From Mizuhopecten yessoensis (lineage: Eukaryota): DNA of 64,000 nucleotides. The DNA lies in NCBI RefSeq assembly GCF_002113885.1, contig NW_018406194.1, forward strand, positions 7,718-71,717, written 5' to 3'. Position 1 is the first letter of the stretch; each line of letters opens with the position of its first letter. Shown here piece after piece: positions 26,103 to 38,654 of the stretch. Under the pieces are notes generated by a model. The model was not told the DNA's origin and ran no database searches. It saw only the letters and a list, made by a program, of their open reading frames with translations. Both the position numbers and the translations under genes were made by a program.

Positions 26103-26189
26103 AAGTCTTGTTCAACCAGACGCTTGATCACTTCTAGACATGTTCGGCGTAGATTGCGCAGACGACAATAGTTTGGTTGAACGGGACTA
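26103..26189. mobile_element. 87-bp MITE with 9-bp target-site duplication (Mutator-like)
   Basis: TIRs AGTCTTGTTCAACCAGAC / GTTTGGTTGAACGGGACT; TSD TTTGCTGGA at 26094-26102 and 26190-26198. Confidence 0.85.
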
Positions 26190-26309
26190 TTTGCTGGAGT
26201 GAGACGAAGTACCTGGTGGTGTATTAGTATTATAATCAAGTGTAGTGTAAAGTAGCATTCGACTACAGGAGGTATGATGAATTAACACCAAACTTTCACA
26301 ACACAAGCA

Positions 26310-27115
26310 TTTTTCTACCTGTTTGAATTTTTTTATTCTTTGAGAGAATTTTATACATGTCTTTTATTCTTTTAGTGTTTTTGATAAATAATTATATGTT
26401 TAGCGGAATAAAAGGGAGAAGAAGATATGTATCCTGAATCCTGTGTATTTCGATATTCGTTCTTATAGTATTAATTATATATTGAAATTTAAGAAAGTCT
26501 GTTAATATATTATATTACCTTGTGAGTTCCTGATAAGAAAAGAAAGTGAGAGAGCTAACATCTTTAAACATGTCATTTACTACTCTTACACGTTTAGAAT
26601 ACCAGTCTTTATAAAGAATAGAATGTCCACCAATGGCCAGTTGTGGGTTGTACCATAGCGGGGTTTTCAGGAGTGAAAGTTGTTTTCTATGATTCACCTT
26701 CATAACATCAGAATGAATCAATCTTTTCCAAGCTTTAATCACATCTGACCAAAAACTATTTTTACAACTATTTTGACATTTATATATGTAATCACTCCAC
26801 AGTTCATAATAAGATCTGTGTTGAAAAGAATCTTGAATATAACTTGCCACTTACTAGAACTGTGAACAAATCTTCTGGGCCATCCTAATTTTAGAGCATC
26901 TATTAAATATTGAGTGCTAATCATTTTTAACCCCCTTAGTAATTATATTCCTCTTTACTCTTTACTTTATCTGTTTTGCTATTCCATAAAAGGTTGAATA
27001 AAATAGTGTTGAGTTTAGTAATAAAGGCACCACTTGGATTTGGCAATGTGATGAATAAGTGATTAAACTGTGAAATTAAAAGAGATTTCATCATATGAAT
27101 TTTACCAATGATTTA
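26310..27115 (-). mobile_element. Degenerate L1/Tx1-clade LINE ORF2 fragment (copy 1)
   Basis: Minus-strand remnants HLFITLPNP, FYGIAKQIK, FWSDVIKAWK, PLWYNPQL; reverse complement of 52350-53275. Confidence 0.8.
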
Positions 27116-27380
27116 AGCTTTTTTTTTTTATCAAAGTTTAATTTAAGTATTTCATGCAACTTTGCACTAAATGCTATCCCCAAAAATGTTATGTCTAAAA
27201 AACATCAATTATGTCCAAATTTTGAAACATAATACGCCTTTCATTGCCAAAAAGTTGACACTGAAGGAAAAAGTAAAAGGCATTCTCACATGAAGGTTCA
27301 AATATGCAAGCTGGACTTTCGACAAGATTCACTCTACAAAGGTCACATTTAAGAGAACTACGTATACACTGGTGTTTCAG

Positions 27381-27770
27381 TTAAGTGTGTTTAATGTTCA
27401 ACTTTCGCTCTCCAACATTGAAGTAGATAGGACGGGATGGTTGCACAAATTTATGGAAGGCAACGATCGTAGGTTTAAAGGAGAGATTTGTAAGAGATAG
27501 TCCAAATAGAGGACCGGTTATTTTCCGCGAAAGTAGGTGACAGGAGACTGTTGAAATAATCCGAAGCTTTTTGTTGTACATTTTATATAAAAGTTGGAGT
27601 TTTCTACTTTTTCGAAGATTTGTAAGAGTTTCTAAACCTGTTTCAAAATGTAAATCTTCGATACGAGTACATAAAGGAAGGCCTGTTATAATACGAACAG
27701 CCTCTCTGTGGGCTTTCTCTACCTTTTCTGATTCGAATTTCGTACAAACATCCCATAATTGACCCCAAAA
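27381..27770 (-). mobile_element. LINE ORF2 fragment (CR1/L2 group)
   Basis: LWDVCTKFESEKVEKAHREAVRIITGLP...LHFETGLETLTNLRKSRKLQLLYKMYNK. Confidence 0.78.
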
Positions 27771-28929
27771 AAATATCTGAAAAGGAAATAAAGACATTTT
27801 GAGACATACTGCAATCGAACTAAGATAGAAATATTAAATATTTCTGCTTTAATTTCTTTCCATGGTCCGCGAGGATGTACTGTTATAAACTGTGAGCATG
27901 CCAAATAAAATCTTAGGAAATGACGATATTCAATGGTTTTCTTTTTCACATTTAATCTAAGTCAAATTTCCCTAACGCAGATTAAATGAACAGTAAAACG
28001 TCATAATACCATCCAGGCACAGCGTAAATGGTACAAATGAATACTGATATTATTAGATTCAGAGACTGATACATAACCTCTAGATCTACATAAACATGTC
28101 AGGCTATGGTCAGAATAGTCGTCGGAGCTTACCGCAAAGGGGACTTGAAACAGTGTTTGTTAACTTGTCAAATGCTGATTTCATGTATTGACAGGTGAAA
28201 ACGATAGATTAGTGGATTTGATTGATTGAAATAAAGATCTAGCAAAATGCATGACGTCAGTGGTTTATTGTTTATCGTCTGTCGACAGAATGGCGACTGA
28301 AAATGAAAACAATTCTTCGCAAATATATCCTTGTTAAAAAGACAAAATAGGATAACTGCCCAAAGGGTCAGAAATGATAAAACGGCACAGTTTGTTGTAA
28401 AATAAAGACATAAAGGTAGCATATGACAAATTTTAGCGCACGCAAAAGAACAGCATAGTTTAAATAATAAGATGATTTAAGTCATCTTTCTTATCAAAGG
28501 CTGATACACACTGATGTAAACAAGAAAAGACGTTTGTTACATTTCACTTGGTAGAATAGATATAATCAATATATGTCTGTATATTATAGTTGAATATATA
28601 ATTCGGGATTCAAAACGGTTGGAAAAACAATCAAATCAGACTGCAAACCTATATACAAATATTTAGTCGATGAACTTGTCCTACAATATTGTTTAGCATA
28701 ATTTAAACCAAAACAATCGGATTTTAACCCCTTGTCTACCTCTCTTTGCACTGACTCTTGGATATAGAAATATGAACGTCACCAAAGGAACCAAGGTGAA
28801 AATGTGCTGTATTCCCAACGGGTTATTAGTATTACAACGGAACATCTATATTAAGTGGGTTTTTTGTGTTTTATAACAAACAAAGACCAGAAAAAAACCG
28901 ACTCCTCTTGTCAAGCTAATTTCGCTGTA

Positions 28930-30172
28930 CGCGGGCCATTCAACACATTCTGTCTCTGGTGTCAGGAATCTGAATTATGTTTTAAATTAGATATAGTTAA
29001 ATCTTACTATTACATTCCTCAGCAGTATTCCCCTTTAGCAGAAACGCAATTTCGCAATTGCGCTAACCAAGACGTAAACGCTGCGGGGTAGTCTCCCCTT
29101 GGTATAACAGTTGAAGATTACACTACCCAGAGAACTCCTAAAGGCATACTGTTTCCCCACAGAGCATTTGCTTTTCTATAGGAAACAGGAAGAAGTCAGA
29201 GGGACTTGAATCTGGTAAATAGGGTGGGTGGTCAATCTATGGTATGAGGCAATCTCGTTAGCTGGATGTCATTCAATCCTTTACTTAAATGCTTTTTCAT
29301 TTTAAATCATTTGACAGGCTTCAGTACTTTGTTTATGCAAACTTTTCGCTTCCTTGCACTTATCCGAATCACAGACCCTCTAGAATTGAAAAAAATGGCA
29401 TACATAACTATCTTTGCGCTTTTTATACGCTTTTAATCAATGGCCCTGCTTGGTTCCTCGACACCCATTGCCTGTTATTAATGCGCCTTTGGAGTTTTAA
29501 GTTATGCATCCAGGTCTCGTCCCTGTAAGTAACTCAGATAGCGGTCTCCAGTAACAATTACCGTACTTGTCCGATATATCTTAAGCACATTTCAAACGTT
29601 AAGCCTTTTGTTCAGATTTCAGTAAATGAGTGATCCATGGGGAACAAAGCGTTCTAAATTTCAAGCACTCGATCAGAATATGATGTGTGCTGCCTTCTGA
29701 AATGCCAACCGTATGAGTTATCTTAGAAACAGTATATTGACTATCGTCCTTAATTAATACTTTCATGGCAGCAATGTTCATCTTTAATGCTGTAACAACT
29801 GGAGTGCCTGGCCGTGCGTTCTCTTTAATGTCAACTGAATCATTATTGAATTCGTTCACCCACCTGGAAACAGGTATCAATGTGAAGGCATAGTGCCTTG
29901 TATGCTGCACAAATCTGTATGTGTCTGTTTGGATGGTAGATGTAAAGCACTCCATGCTTTGATATAGGAGCGTATTTCAGATTTAGTCTCAGCCTTCATT
30001 TTAGTATTGAAAGCCACTAGTCACGAGTGCATAAAGTTCAACAATGAATAACGTGTTCAATTCTTGTTGGATGGTGTCGAAATTTTACGCGTGCGTTGTT
30101 CTTTAAATGTTTTTGCAATCTGCCTGTTTGTTCGGAAACTCTGTTGTGACAGAATTAATTGAATGGCCCTCG
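28930..30172 (-). mobile_element. Mariner transposon, TIR to TIR, with pseudogenised transposase
   Basis: TA|CGCGGGCCATTCAACACATTCTGTC at the left matches the reverse complement TA|CGAGGGCCATTCAATTAATTCTGTC at the right. Transposase motifs RWVNEF..RPGTP, WITHLL (WVPHEL), VTGD/DETW, HPPYLPDSSPSDFFLFP (YSPDLAPSD). Confidence 0.93.
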
Positions 30173-30962
30173 TATGATATTTTAACTAAACACTGGAAAC
30201 AAGAATGTGGAAAACAACTTACTTGTCGTCTTTAGCAGGCTTCCGCCTGAAAAAGCTGAGCTTCTTCATCATTTAATCCAGACAGACTGTATGGATACAC
30301 TCTAGGAGTGTAGAGATAGTTTTACAATTGTGGTAACGTTTCGTATATATGCATTATATGCTAATGTTAAATAAAGACAGATGTCACATTACGAACACGC
30401 TAACAACCGGCGCCATTGTTTTAAATTAACGCTGTTTTTAAATCATAAACATTATATCAATAAAATAAGAGAGTGTAAAGGACATTTCTATTGATTTTTC
30501 TATATTGCTTCGTGCAATTATTCACATACAAGTTATTATGGTAGTATGGTCAACATGTGACGCATGTTCATGTATCTGGAGAATGGTGAATCGCCACCAT
30601 TGTCACACATAACTTCACGGAAAGCATTTGTCTTATCCATCAATCCATACTTCACTTTACTCACGTTTCCAAGTTGCGATAGTACAGGTGGTTTCTTTGC
30701 TTGCTTTAAAGCGAGAAAGGCAGATAAAAATACCGTGATGTCACCAAAAATGACTCTTATATTAACTATCACACTGCTAGCACGGTAGCACACACAGACC
30801 ATCACCTATGTTGTCTGTCCACAGGTACATGTATAGTTTTGAAATGGTTCGTAACTTTTTTTTTAAATTCATTTTGTTTTTAATTTATTCCTGACGGAGA
30901 CTTACAGTAGACCGTTTGTAGCTTACCTTTTTTGCACAAAATAAAGCTATAAGACTTACAAC

Positions 30963-31243
30963 AAATAGACAGCCGTTCTCATGGAAATAAACAGCCGTTC
31001 TCATGGAAATAGACAGCCGTTCTCATGGAAATAGACAGCCGTTCTCATGGAAATAAACAGCCGTTCTCATGGGAATAAACAGCCGTTCTCATGGAAATAG
31101 ACAGCCATTCTCATGGAAATAAACAGCCGTTCTCATGGAAATAAACAGCCGTTCTCATGGGAATAAACAGCCGTTCTCATGGAAATAGACAGCCGCTCTC
31201 ATGGAAATAGACAGCCGTTCTCATGGAAATAGACAGCCGTTTT
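30963..31243. repeat. 22-bp minisatellite (AAATAGACAGCCGTTCTCATGG), ~12.5 copies
   Basis: Direct periodicity. Confidence 0.96.
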
Positions 31244-31344
31244 TAATGTTGCCAATGGTTGTAACAACGTAATAAGTAAATGGTTACTTGCATTAGAAAA
31301 GACACTTGTCCCTAGTGGTAATTATATTATAAAATTATACTGAT

Positions 31345-31460
31345 GAATGTATATGCTAATTGTATCAATTGTATATCTATGTACTGTAAAGCGCTTTAGA
31401 GTGGCTTATGTTAGCTAGATAGGGCGCTATATCAAATGTTGTGTATTATTATAATAATAA
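31345..31460 (+). mobile_element. L2-type LINE/SINE 3' tail
   Basis: GTAAAGCGCTTTAGAG...GGGCGCTATATCAAATG..(ATT)n; similar to tails at ~55895-55968 and ~56100-56207. Confidence 0.65.
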
Positions 31461-32958
31461 AATAGTTATCAGTTAAAAAGACACCTGTTCTGGTAAACAA
31501 ACTCCTATTTAAAAGTACTTCAGACACCTGTTTTCTTGAAGTTAACATATTAGAAAAAGGGAACACAATACAGGCCGATGAGATGCAGGATAAAAATCAT
31601 TTCAATTTATAGTTACTGATATTTATTCTTATTTAATGTCTGTGCCGGCAATATTCTAAAATGTCTTTCCCTCCGTGGAGCTTGGACCAACCAAAAGTAC
31701 TGTTTCAAGAAACCTTTGGCTCTGCTTCTGGCAATAGTAGTTTTGTTAAAATCCAGAGTGGACATCCGAATGTATAATTATATGACTGTTGCAATATCTC
31801 TTTGGTACCTATTGGGTGTAACAAAGATGTCCTACAGGCCAGCAACAGTACACGGGTGTCACAATTGTCTTTAGGTCAATTTAAGATTTTGCCATGGGTC
31901 ATATGTCAGTATACACTTCTTAATATGATAACGTCAATGGTTACAGTATGAAACTGAAATAAATTGCCCATAGATAACAAAGAAGAGTAAAAAGTTAAAC
32001 ATTTCTGTATTCCCCAAGTGGAGCGCGAATTCGATCAAACAATGCTCGGATGATAGGAGGACACGTGAAGGGGCTACTAACTAAGTATGGCCTTTACTAC
32101 AAGGGAGGTCTCCTTCAAGGATTATTTTTGAACTTTTGATACTTTTATTCCCATAGTATCTAATTGTTGGAAATTGTAAGGAAATATATGGTGTTGAGCA
32201 AGGGGATGCTCTTTAGTCATTGTATTCCAAAAACACACAAAAAAAAAAAGTGTTATTTAAGTACAAATGCATTGTGGGATAAGTATGAAACTTTCACAAA
32301 TTAAATATCTTAATATAACCAATATCTATGCCAAGTTACATGCTTATCCCAAATTAGCTTTTATGTACCATCAGCGCACAAACATTGGAAATAATCAGAA
32401 CACTCGATAAAGCAGTGAAATGGGTAGGGACAATGAAAAACAGATACTTTCCTTGAAACTAGGAATTGCCTGAAAATCATTCATATATTTAACTAATAAC
32501 TTTACTGTAGTTGTGGTGGCAAATGTTAGTGTTTATTTGTAAGTTAACTTTGATAAGTAAGAAGACAAATCACGATCTGGAACTCACTTCAGCCACGGAT
32601 GCTGAGCACATATTATATGATTACTATCTTATACTTAGAGCGTATAAAGGGTGTCCTGCACATTTGAATTCACTTGTTTGAAATATAACATATATATCTA
32701 CAGGGGACTATGGATACTTAAATCCCACTGCACGCCTTGACCAAAGGAGACTAAGCATAGATTATTATTGGATTACAAATACATGTAATAACTGAAGTAC
32801 TTATATCTATATATACATATGTTGTTTATACTTCTATATAACTAAAATCATCGTTTTTCCTACTATTGGAAAAGCTGCACCAAGTAAGAATAATTGTCAG
32901 ATACACTATATGTGTATTGCAGTGTCAGTACTCTGTCCTTCTTCTCCTGACCATTTCA

Positions 32959-33316
32959 TTATTAGGTCCACCAAACGAAGTGGCAGACTTAATGGTTTTA
33001 CTCCGTTTCCTATTCTTTTTTCTTCTTTTTCTTGTTCAGCCGTAAAAGTTTCAGACACATTTCTCAAAACTTACTGGACGCAACTTAATGAACTTTATAC
33101 AAGTGTTTATCATGGTGAGGGTGTGTGCAAATGACCTTTCATTTTCCGATCGGTCAACCAAGATGGCCGCCACGGCCACTGATTGGTCGAAACTAGATAT
33201 TGCTCGATTTTTTCTCAAATTTGGTATGTAGGTGTAGTTTGGCACTGCGAACATAACATAACTGCGGGGGTTTGGGGGACTTCTGTAATGGTCCCCCATT
33301 ACAATAAGTACTTGTT
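32959..33316 (+). mobile_element. Non-autonomous Helentron-type element (HINE/pearl-like)
   Basis: TTAGGTCCACC start, TTC-rich microsatellite, AAGATGGCCGCC core, terminal hairpin TGTAATGG..CCATTACA and CTTGTT end. Confidence 0.65.
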
Positions 33317-33599
33317 TATCTATTGATTTTATTTTAGTAATTGTCTGTCATAGTTACACATCGTGAGTACTACCCGTTACTCAGTTATCAAATACTGTCC
33401 ATGTACAAATAGATCTGGTTGAGCGAGGTTCGCGAGGCTATTGTTATTGTATCGCCAATAGCCAAAACCGATCAATAATTCTATTGTGACAGCTTTCAAA
33501 TTTTGTATTCGAACAAGCGGGAATGTGACTAAGGGGGGTTCGAAATATCACTAGACAGAAAATTATTATTGTTTTAATTATTCAAAAGTGTGGTCGAAT

Positions 33600-34205
33600 T
33601 ATCCACCTATTAGGATTGACCGGAAGTTTACCCTATCTGCCTATTAGGACTGACAGAAGATTTAGCCTATCATCTGAACTGACCGGAGCTTTACCCTATC
33701 CACCTATTAGGACTGGCCAGAGGTTATTCCTATCCACCTATTAGGACTGATAAGATGTTTACCATATTCCCCTTTTAGGATTGACCGGAGGTTTACCCTA
33801 TCCACCTATTAGGACTGGCCAGAGGTTATTCCTATCCACCTATTAGGACTGACCAGAGGTTTACCATATCCCCCTATTAGGATTGACCGGATGTTTACCC
33901 TATCCGCCTATTAGGACTGGCCAGAGGTTATTCCTATCTGCCTATTAGGACTGGCCAGAGATTTACCATATTCCCATATTAAGGACTGACCAGAGGTTTA
34001 CCATATTCCCCTATTAGGACTGACCTGAGGTTTACTCTATCCACCTATTGTAGGACTGGCCAGAGGTTATTCCTATCCGCCTATTAGGACTGACCAGAGG
34101 TTTACCATATTCCCTTATAAGAACTGACCAGATGTTTACCATATCCACCTATTAGAACTGACCAGAGCTTTACCATATTCCCCTATTATAACTTACCAAA
34201 GGTCA
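33600..34205. repeat. 34-bp minisatellite (CCTATTAGGACTGACCAGAGGTTTACCATATCCA), ~17 copies
   Basis: Direct periodicity. Confidence 0.93.
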
Positions 34206-35268
34206 ACCCTAATTTAGTGATAAAACACAATTGGTTCGATCCACGTTCAACACTTACCGAGCTCGGTTTTTGACGCCAATTCTATTCGTATTAATGTAAG
34301 GAATATCTGACCTGAACGTGTTGACTGAATTCTAACAAATGTTGTTTGATTTTATATTGATTTCATACACATATTATATCATCGCCAAATTCAGCCAATC
34401 ATTGGACAGGATTCGGCAGATGACTGCCGGCAAATCTAAGATAAAAAGTCATCAAGAAAACTTACTTTACAGTGATGTTATTTAAACAAATTGAAGAATA
34501 ATGGTTGCGAGCACCAACAAATTTCATAGAAAGTCACTTTGCATAAGGAATAGATGATTTGTATATGATCGACTTGCGAAAAGTTTATAAGAGTATTTAA
34601 GATAAGAAACATGCCAAATTTTCCCGGAGCTGTCTTAGATATACCTGCCATGTCTTTTTCACGTATGCGCATCTCGATAAGATGTAACTTAGCTAATTAT
34701 ATAAGAGCCCATGCCCTTACCTTTTGATGCCCATGTACATATGTACATTTTATTGTGTATTCACATGCACTAAAACCTTGGGTGTTGTCTGTAAGATGAT
34801 GTTATCTAAGTAATATTTTCAGGAGATCGCAATTCATCAATTATTTGATATGGAATTTGGTCGTATTGTACATGTTTTGAATAAAAAACAAAAACTGTTT
34901 TCCACAAAATTTAATTGTATTGATTTCATCATGGTTTAAACATGTAATTTCAAAACCGTTGTATTTGAGACAACACTTGATAAGTGTACTTTAAAAGGAC
35001 TACAAGGACATGAATCTTTCAATGCAAGCATTAGAGCAATTCCTACCGTAAGCACATAAAGTTAGCAAATAAATAATATCTTTATACAATTGTTAGCATA
35101 CAGTTACATGTAAAAGCTGTATGATGTGGTGCAGGATGTCACATAAACCTGCCAGTAGTTGAATGATGCGGTATACATCAACAGGACATATAATGACAGT
35201 ATCTTCATTATATAAATCTGTAAAAAGACACAAGCTGGACACGAAGAAGCAGTGTATACAATGGAGTT

Positions 35269-36015
35269 AAACAGTACTACAGATAAGTTACACAGTACTA
35301 CAGGTAATTAGTAACACAGTACCACAGGTAAGTTACACAATATTACAGGTAATTAGTAACACAGTACTACAGGTAGGTTACACAATATTACAGGTAATTA
35401 GTAACACAGTACTACAGGTAAGTTACACAATATTACAGGTAAGTTACACAGTACTACAGGTAAGTTACACAATATTACAGGTAAGTTACACAGTACTACA
35501 GGTAAGTTACACAGTACTACAGGTAAGTTACACAGTATTACAGGTTAGTAATAACACAGTACTACAGGTAAGTTACACAGTACTACAGGTAAGTTACTAA
35601 TTACCTGTAATATTGTGTAGCTTACCTGTAGTACTGTGTTATTTCTAACCTGTAATACTGTGTAACTTACCTGTAGTATTGTGTAACTTACCTGAAGTAC
35701 TGTGTTATTACTAAAATGTAATATTGTGTAACTTACCTGAAGTACTCTGTAACTTACCTGTAGTACAGGTAAGTTACACAGTAATACAGGTAAGTTACAC
35801 AGTTCCACAGGTAAGTTACACAGTATTACAGGTTAGAAATAACACAGTACTACAGGTAAGCTACACAATATTACAGGTTAGTAATAACACAGTACTACAG
35901 GTAGGTTACACAATATCAACACAGTACTACAGGTAAGTTACACAGTACTTCAGGTAAGTTACACAGTACTTCAGGTAAGTTACACAATATTAACACAGTT
36001 CTTCAGGTAAGTTAC
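35269..36015. repeat. 21-bp minisatellite (ACACAGTACTACAGGTAAGTT) with an internally inverted block (~35596-35765)
   Basis: Units switch to AACTTACCTGTAGTACTGTGT and back. Confidence 0.93.
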
Positions 36016-36106
36016 NAGATTAAAAACATCACCCTTTGTGCAGGTGAGCACAGCTCGTGATTCTCACAGGTTGTACAAAACAGAAACAGAAGAGAAAAAG
36101 CACACT

Positions 36107-37772
36107 CTAGGGAAGGTGTCAGGGTATTACAGGTGTGTCCGTTTGTCTTATCCAGGGAAGGTGTCGGGGTATTACAGATGTGTCCGTTTGTCTTATATAG
36201 GAAAGGTGTAGGGGTATAACAGGTGTGTCTGTTTGTCTTATCTAGGGAAGGTGTTGGGGTATTACAGGTGTGTCCGTTTGTCTTATCTAGGGAAGGTGTC
36301 GGGGTATTACAGATGTGTCTGTTTGTCTTATCTAAGGAAGGTGTCGGGGTTTTACAGGTGTGACCGTTTGTCTTGTCTAAGGAAGGTGTCGGGGTTTTAC
36401 AGGTGTGTCCGTTTGTCTTATCTAGGGAAGGTGTCGGGGTATTACAGGTGTGTCTGTTTTGTCTTATCTAGGGAAGGGGTCGGGGTATTACAGGTGTGTC
36501 TGTTTTGTCTTATCTAGGGAAGGTGTCGGGGTTTTACAGGTGTGTCCGTTTGTCTTATCTAAGGAAGGTGTCGGGGTATTACAGGTGTGTCCGTTTGTCT
36601 TGTCTAAGGAAGGTGTTGGGGTTTTACAGGTGTGTCCGTTTGTCTTATCTAGGGAAGGGGTCGGGGTATTACAGGTGTGTCTGTTTTGTCTTATCTAGGG
36701 AAGGGGTCGGGGTATTACAGGTGTGTCTGTTTTGTCTTATCTAGGGAAGGTGTCGGGGTATTACAGGTGTGTCCATTTGTCTTGTCTAAGGAAGGTGCCG
36801 GGGTATTACAGGTGTGTCCGTTTGTCTTATCTAGGGAAGGTGTCGGGGTTTTACAGGTGTGTCCGTTTGTCTTATCTAGGGAAGGGGTCGGGGCATTACA
36901 GGTGTGACCGTTTGTCTTATCTAGGGAAGGTGTCGGGGTATTACAGGTGTGTCTGTTTTGTCTTATCTAGGGAAGGTGTCGGGGTATTACAGGTGTGTCC
37001 GTTTGTCTTGTCTAAGGAAGGTGTCGGGGTTTTACAGGTGTGGCCGTTTGTCTTATCTAGGGAAGGTGTCGGGGTATTACAGGTGTGTCCATTTGTCTTG
37101 TCTAAGGAAGGTGTCGGGGTATTGCAGGTGTGACCGTTTGTCTTATCTAGGGAAGGTGTCGGGGTTTTACAGGTGTGTCCATTTGTCTTATCTAGGGAAG
37201 GTGTCGGGGTATTACAGGTGTGTCCGTTTGTCTTATCTAGGGAAGGTGTCGGGGGATTACAGGTGTGACCGTTTGTCTTATCTAGGGAAGGTGTCGGGGT
37301 ATTACAGGTGTGTCTGTTTTGTCTTATCTAGGGAAGGGGTCGGGGTATTACAGGTGTGTCTGTTTTGTCTTATCTAGGGAAGGTGTCGGGGTATTACAGG
37401 TGTGTCCATTTGTCTTGTCTAAGGAAGGTGCCGGGGTATTACAGGTGTGTCCGTTTGTCTTATCTAAGGAAGGTGTTGGGGTATTACAGGTGTGTCCGTT
37501 TGTCTTATCTAGGGAAGGTGTCGGGGTTTTACAGGTGTGTCCATTTGTCTTATCTAGGGAAGGTGTCGGGGTATTACAGGTGTGTCCGTTTGTCTTGTCT
37601 AAGGAAGGCGTCGGGGTTTTACAGGTGTGTCCGTTTGTCTTGTCTAAGGAAGGTGTTGGGGTTTTACAGGTGTGTCCGTTTGTCTTATCTAAGGAAGGGG
37701 TCGGGGTTTTACAGGTGTGTCTGTTTGTCTTATCTAAGGAAGGTGTCGGGGTTTTACAGGTGTGACCGTTTG
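36107..37772. repeat. 45/46-bp minisatellite (CTAGGGAAGGTGTCGGGGTATTACAGGTGTGTCCGTTTGTCTTAT), ~37 copies
   Basis: Direct periodicity. Confidence 0.97.
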
Positions 37773-38654
37773 ACTTTGGGATTTGATGCATTAAAAAGGA
37801 TGAGGTGCCAAAGGTAGGCGAAGTTTGGACGAATATATACACGCGAGCAGTTCCCTGGTTACTCTTACATAAAATCTTATTTAAATAATAAAACAAAAAT
37901 GCTCATCTATATGAAGTAAACCTTATTATCGTTTGGTGATTATATGGCTACCGATATCTGTAGGATGTGCATTAAAAAATTTGAAAATATTATGTTTGTA
38001 TTTCTGGAAAATAAAATATATATTTGAAAGGCACTTCATGTATTAAGGAGTAACAAATCATTAATTACGTCTCATCGTTTCCCTTGGAAGTATTTGCTGT
38101 TAGTTGTTATAACAGCAAAAATAGTTCCGGTGAAAGGTTACAAGACCGGCCTTTCAAGAACAGTTTTTTCAACACCAACTGTGTCATGCATAAATTATCT
38201 CCAGGTACAATATGGATTTAGGCCTTCCTTCTTCTCATTTGATCATAGACATGTGGTATGCTCCCCCGTGGTTGCAGCAAAAAGGGGCCATAAAAACAGT
38301 AACACGTTACCAACTTATTTCTACTCTATTTCGCCACTGATAGAAACTGCCTTATCACCTCCAGAATGCCTTACTATTTTTATTCCTATTTTGCAGATAG
38401 GGCCATGGGTGATTTATTTGATTTAATATATAATCAAAATTGTGCATTTTCCCCTGAGATATTGTGGACCATAACTTATAACAGCAGTAAAAGCCATATA
38501 AAACATAAAATGGACCCTAAAATAATTCAGCATCTTAAACAAATATAACCAATCAGACACTTCTTCTAATACATTCTTCTTTAAGGTAATAACAGACACT
38601 CTTAAAAAACAAAACTAACATGTATAGTAAACACGGTAAAGGTCAGCTAACAAT

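Noticed and set aside
31680-31870. Protein-like stretch (LASAIVVLLKSRVDIRMYNYMTVAISLWY)
   Set aside because: May be a transposon-gene remnant, but it is too short and degenerate to assign
36233-37896. Cluster of overlapping ORFs
   Set aside because: Translations of the 45/46-bp repeat
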